Source: Gemmatimonadaceae bacterium (GTDB taxonomy: Bacteria > Gemmatimonadota > Gemmatimonadetes > Gemmatimonadales > Gemmatimonadaceae). Taken from it: a stretch of DNA of 22,411 bases. This document shows positions 19,479 through 22,411 of the stretch, in pieces; within the stretch, counting starts at the first letter, position 1; every line of letters begins with the position of its first letter. The DNA lies in the NCBI GenBank assembly GCA_033763905.1, contig JANRJP010000126.1, positions 1 to 22,411 on the forward strand, written 5' to 3'. The notes below the pieces were generated by a model, which saw nothing but the letters and a program-made list of their open reading frames with translations, had not been told where the DNA came from and did not search any database. Both the position numbers and the translations under genes were made by a program.

Positions 19479-21200
19479 CTACTTGCCGAAATGCGCCTTG
19501 GCTTCGTACAGCGTATCGACGCCGATCTGGGTGATGCCGTGTTCTTCGGCGTAGCGCTCGGTGTTGCGTTTGGCTTTGCCGCGGACGAAGAAGGGAATCT
19601 TCTTGAGTTCCTTCTCGCCGTCGGGCGTCCAGACGGGCGCGCTGGGCGGGGCGGGCGCGGCCGCCGCGGCGGCAGGCACCGGCATCTTGAACGCCGGCGT
19701 GGCCATCGTGTGCTGCAACTGCGGCGCGCGGGCGGCCACGTCGGGCGCCGGTGCGGGGAGCGGCACGGACGCTGCCGCGGGTGCCCCCGCGCTCACCGGC
19801 GCGGCCGCCGGCGCGCCACCGGCACTCGTCGCCAAGTGCGACGGCACCGCGTCGTCGTGAAACTCGAAGTCCTCGCGGAACATCTGCAGCAGGTGCTCTT
19901 CGAGGCCCATCACCAGCGGATGCACCCAGGTGTCGAAGAGCACGTTCGCGCCTTCGAAGCCGTACACCGGCGAATAGCGCGCCGGCACATCCTGCACGTG
20001 AATCGGCACCGAAATCACCGCGCAGGCCACCCCCAGTCGCTTGGCGATGTGGCGCTCCATCTGGGTGCCGAGCACCAGCTCCGGTGTCGCGGCGGCAATG
20101 GCCGCTTCGACTTCCAGATAGTCGTCGGTAATGAGCGCCTCGACGCCGTAGAGCTTGGCGGCTTCGCGCACTTCACGCGCGAACTCGCGGCTGTACGTGC
20201 CCAGCCCGACCACCGTGAAGCCCATCTCCTGCGCGGCAATGCGCGCCGCCGCGATGGCGTGCGTCGCATCGGCGAAGATGAACACGCGCTTGCCGGTGAG
20301 GTACGTGGAGTCCACCGACCGCGCGTACCAGGGCGCCCGCGCCTGCGACGCCGAGAGCGCCGCGACGCCGGGCTGTTCGCGCCCGAGGACGGGCGACGGG
20401 TCGATGCCCACCAGCGACGCCACTTCGGCGACGAAGTCGCGCGTGGCGCCGGTGCCCATCGGGATCGTCTTCGTGTACGGGATACCGAAGTTGCGCTGCA
20501 GCCACGACACCGTCGTGCGCGAGACTTCGGGATAGAGATCCACGTTCACGTCGGCGTCGGGAATGCGCCGAATGTCGTCGGGCGACGCGCCGAGCGGCGC
20601 GATCACGTTGACGTCGATGCCGAGCTGGGCCAGGAGCTGCGTGATTTCGCGGACGTCGTCGCGGCAGCGGAAGCCCAGCACCGTCGGGCCGAGCAGATTC
20701 GCCTTGGGCCGCACGCCCGGCTCGCGGGGCGGACGCGCCGTGCCCGGCTTGGGGATGCGATCGGCGAGCAGCGTCTTCGTGAGGTGATACAGCGTCTCGG
20801 CCGCGCCCCAGTTCTCCTTCTTGGAGTACGCGGGCAGTTCGAGCGGCACGATCGGCACCGGAATGCCCATCCCCTGCGCGAGCGAGCCGGGCTGATCCTG
20901 AATCAGCTCGGCAGTGCACGACTCGCCCACCAGCAGCGCCTGCGGCTTGAAGCGGTCGTAGGCATCCTGCACCGCCACCTTCACCAGGTTGGCCGTGTCG
21001 CCGCCCAGATCGCGCGCCTGGAAGGTGGTGTAAGTGACCGGCGGACGCGCGTCCTGCCGCTCGATCATCGTGAAGAGCAGATCGGCGTAGGTGTCGCCCT
21101 GCGGCGCGTGCAGCACGTAGTGCACGCCCTTCATTGTCGTCGCTTTGCTCCCCGCGCCGACGTGGGGCGGGCCTTCATACGTCCACAGGGTCAGCTGCAT
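19479..21200 (-). CDS. bchB: Dark-operative protochlorophyllide reductase subunit B
   Basis: [34 protein letters not shown] (Asp cluster ligand), [17 protein letters not shown]-type motif ([10 protein letters not shown]), an Ala/Pro linker and C-terminal PCP-red domain ([17 protein letters not shown]). Confidence 0.98.
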   Translation of the reverse strand: MQLTLWTYEGPPHVGAGSKATTMKGVHYVLHAPQGDTYADLLFTMIERQDARPPVTYTTFQARDLGGDTANLVKVAVQDAYDRFKPQALLVGESCTAELIQDQPGSLAQGMGIPVPIVPLELPAYSKKENWGAAETLYHLTKTLLADRIPKPGTARPPREPGVRPKANLLGPTVLGFRCRDDVREITQLLAQLGIDVNVIAPLGASPDDIRRIPDADVNVDLYPEVSRTTVSWLQRNFGIPYTKTIPMGTGATRDFVAEVASLVGIDPSPVLGREQPGVAALSASQARAPWYARSVDSTYLTGKRVFIFADATHAIAAARIAAQEMGFTVVGLGTYSREFAREVREAAKLYGVEALITDDYLEVEAAIAAATPELVLGTQMERHIAKRLGVACAVISVPIHVQDVPARYSPVYGFEGANVLFDTWVHPLVMGLEEHLLQMFREDFEFHDDAVPSHLATSAGGAPAAAPVSAGAPAAASVPLPAPAPDVAARAPQLQHTMATPAFKMPVPAAAAAAPAPPSAPVWTPDGEKELKKIPFFVRGKAKRNTERYAEEHGITQIGVDTLYEAKAHFGK

Positions 21201-21213
21201 CGTGTCGTCCCCG

Positions 21214-22410
<1,197 letters not shown>

Positions 22411-22411
22411 T

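Overview
This GC-rich window holds one end of a purple-bacterial-type (type-II reaction centre, BChl a) photosynthesis gene cluster (PGC) and the region beside it. The minus-strand half (8877-22411) is one tightly coupled run: bchN(partial)-bchB-bchH-bchL-bchM-[BciE-like small protein]-acsF-lhaA(pucC family)-puhA split into two genes (Ht + Hc)-puhB-puhC. The split H subunit and the position of acsF between bchM and lhaA/puh are characteristic of phototrophic Gemmatimonadota (Gemmatimonas-like). Left of the PGC boundary are four apparently unrelated genes (MBL-fold hydrolase, small Lys-rich protein, DinB-family, DUF2721-like). Beyond them is a carotenoid locus (cruF, small membrane protein, crtI, His-rich polytopic membrane protein) facing a convergent, overlapping operon of a membrane-anchored hypothetical and a cytochrome P450. 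The two most promising leads are (i) this locus as a candidate unexplored oxidative carotenoid-tailoring system and (ii) a membrane-anchored, cysteine-free BciE-like partner of AcsF. All family assignments come from motif recognition and recall; no database searches were run. No rRNA, tRNA, CRISPR or mobile element was seen.
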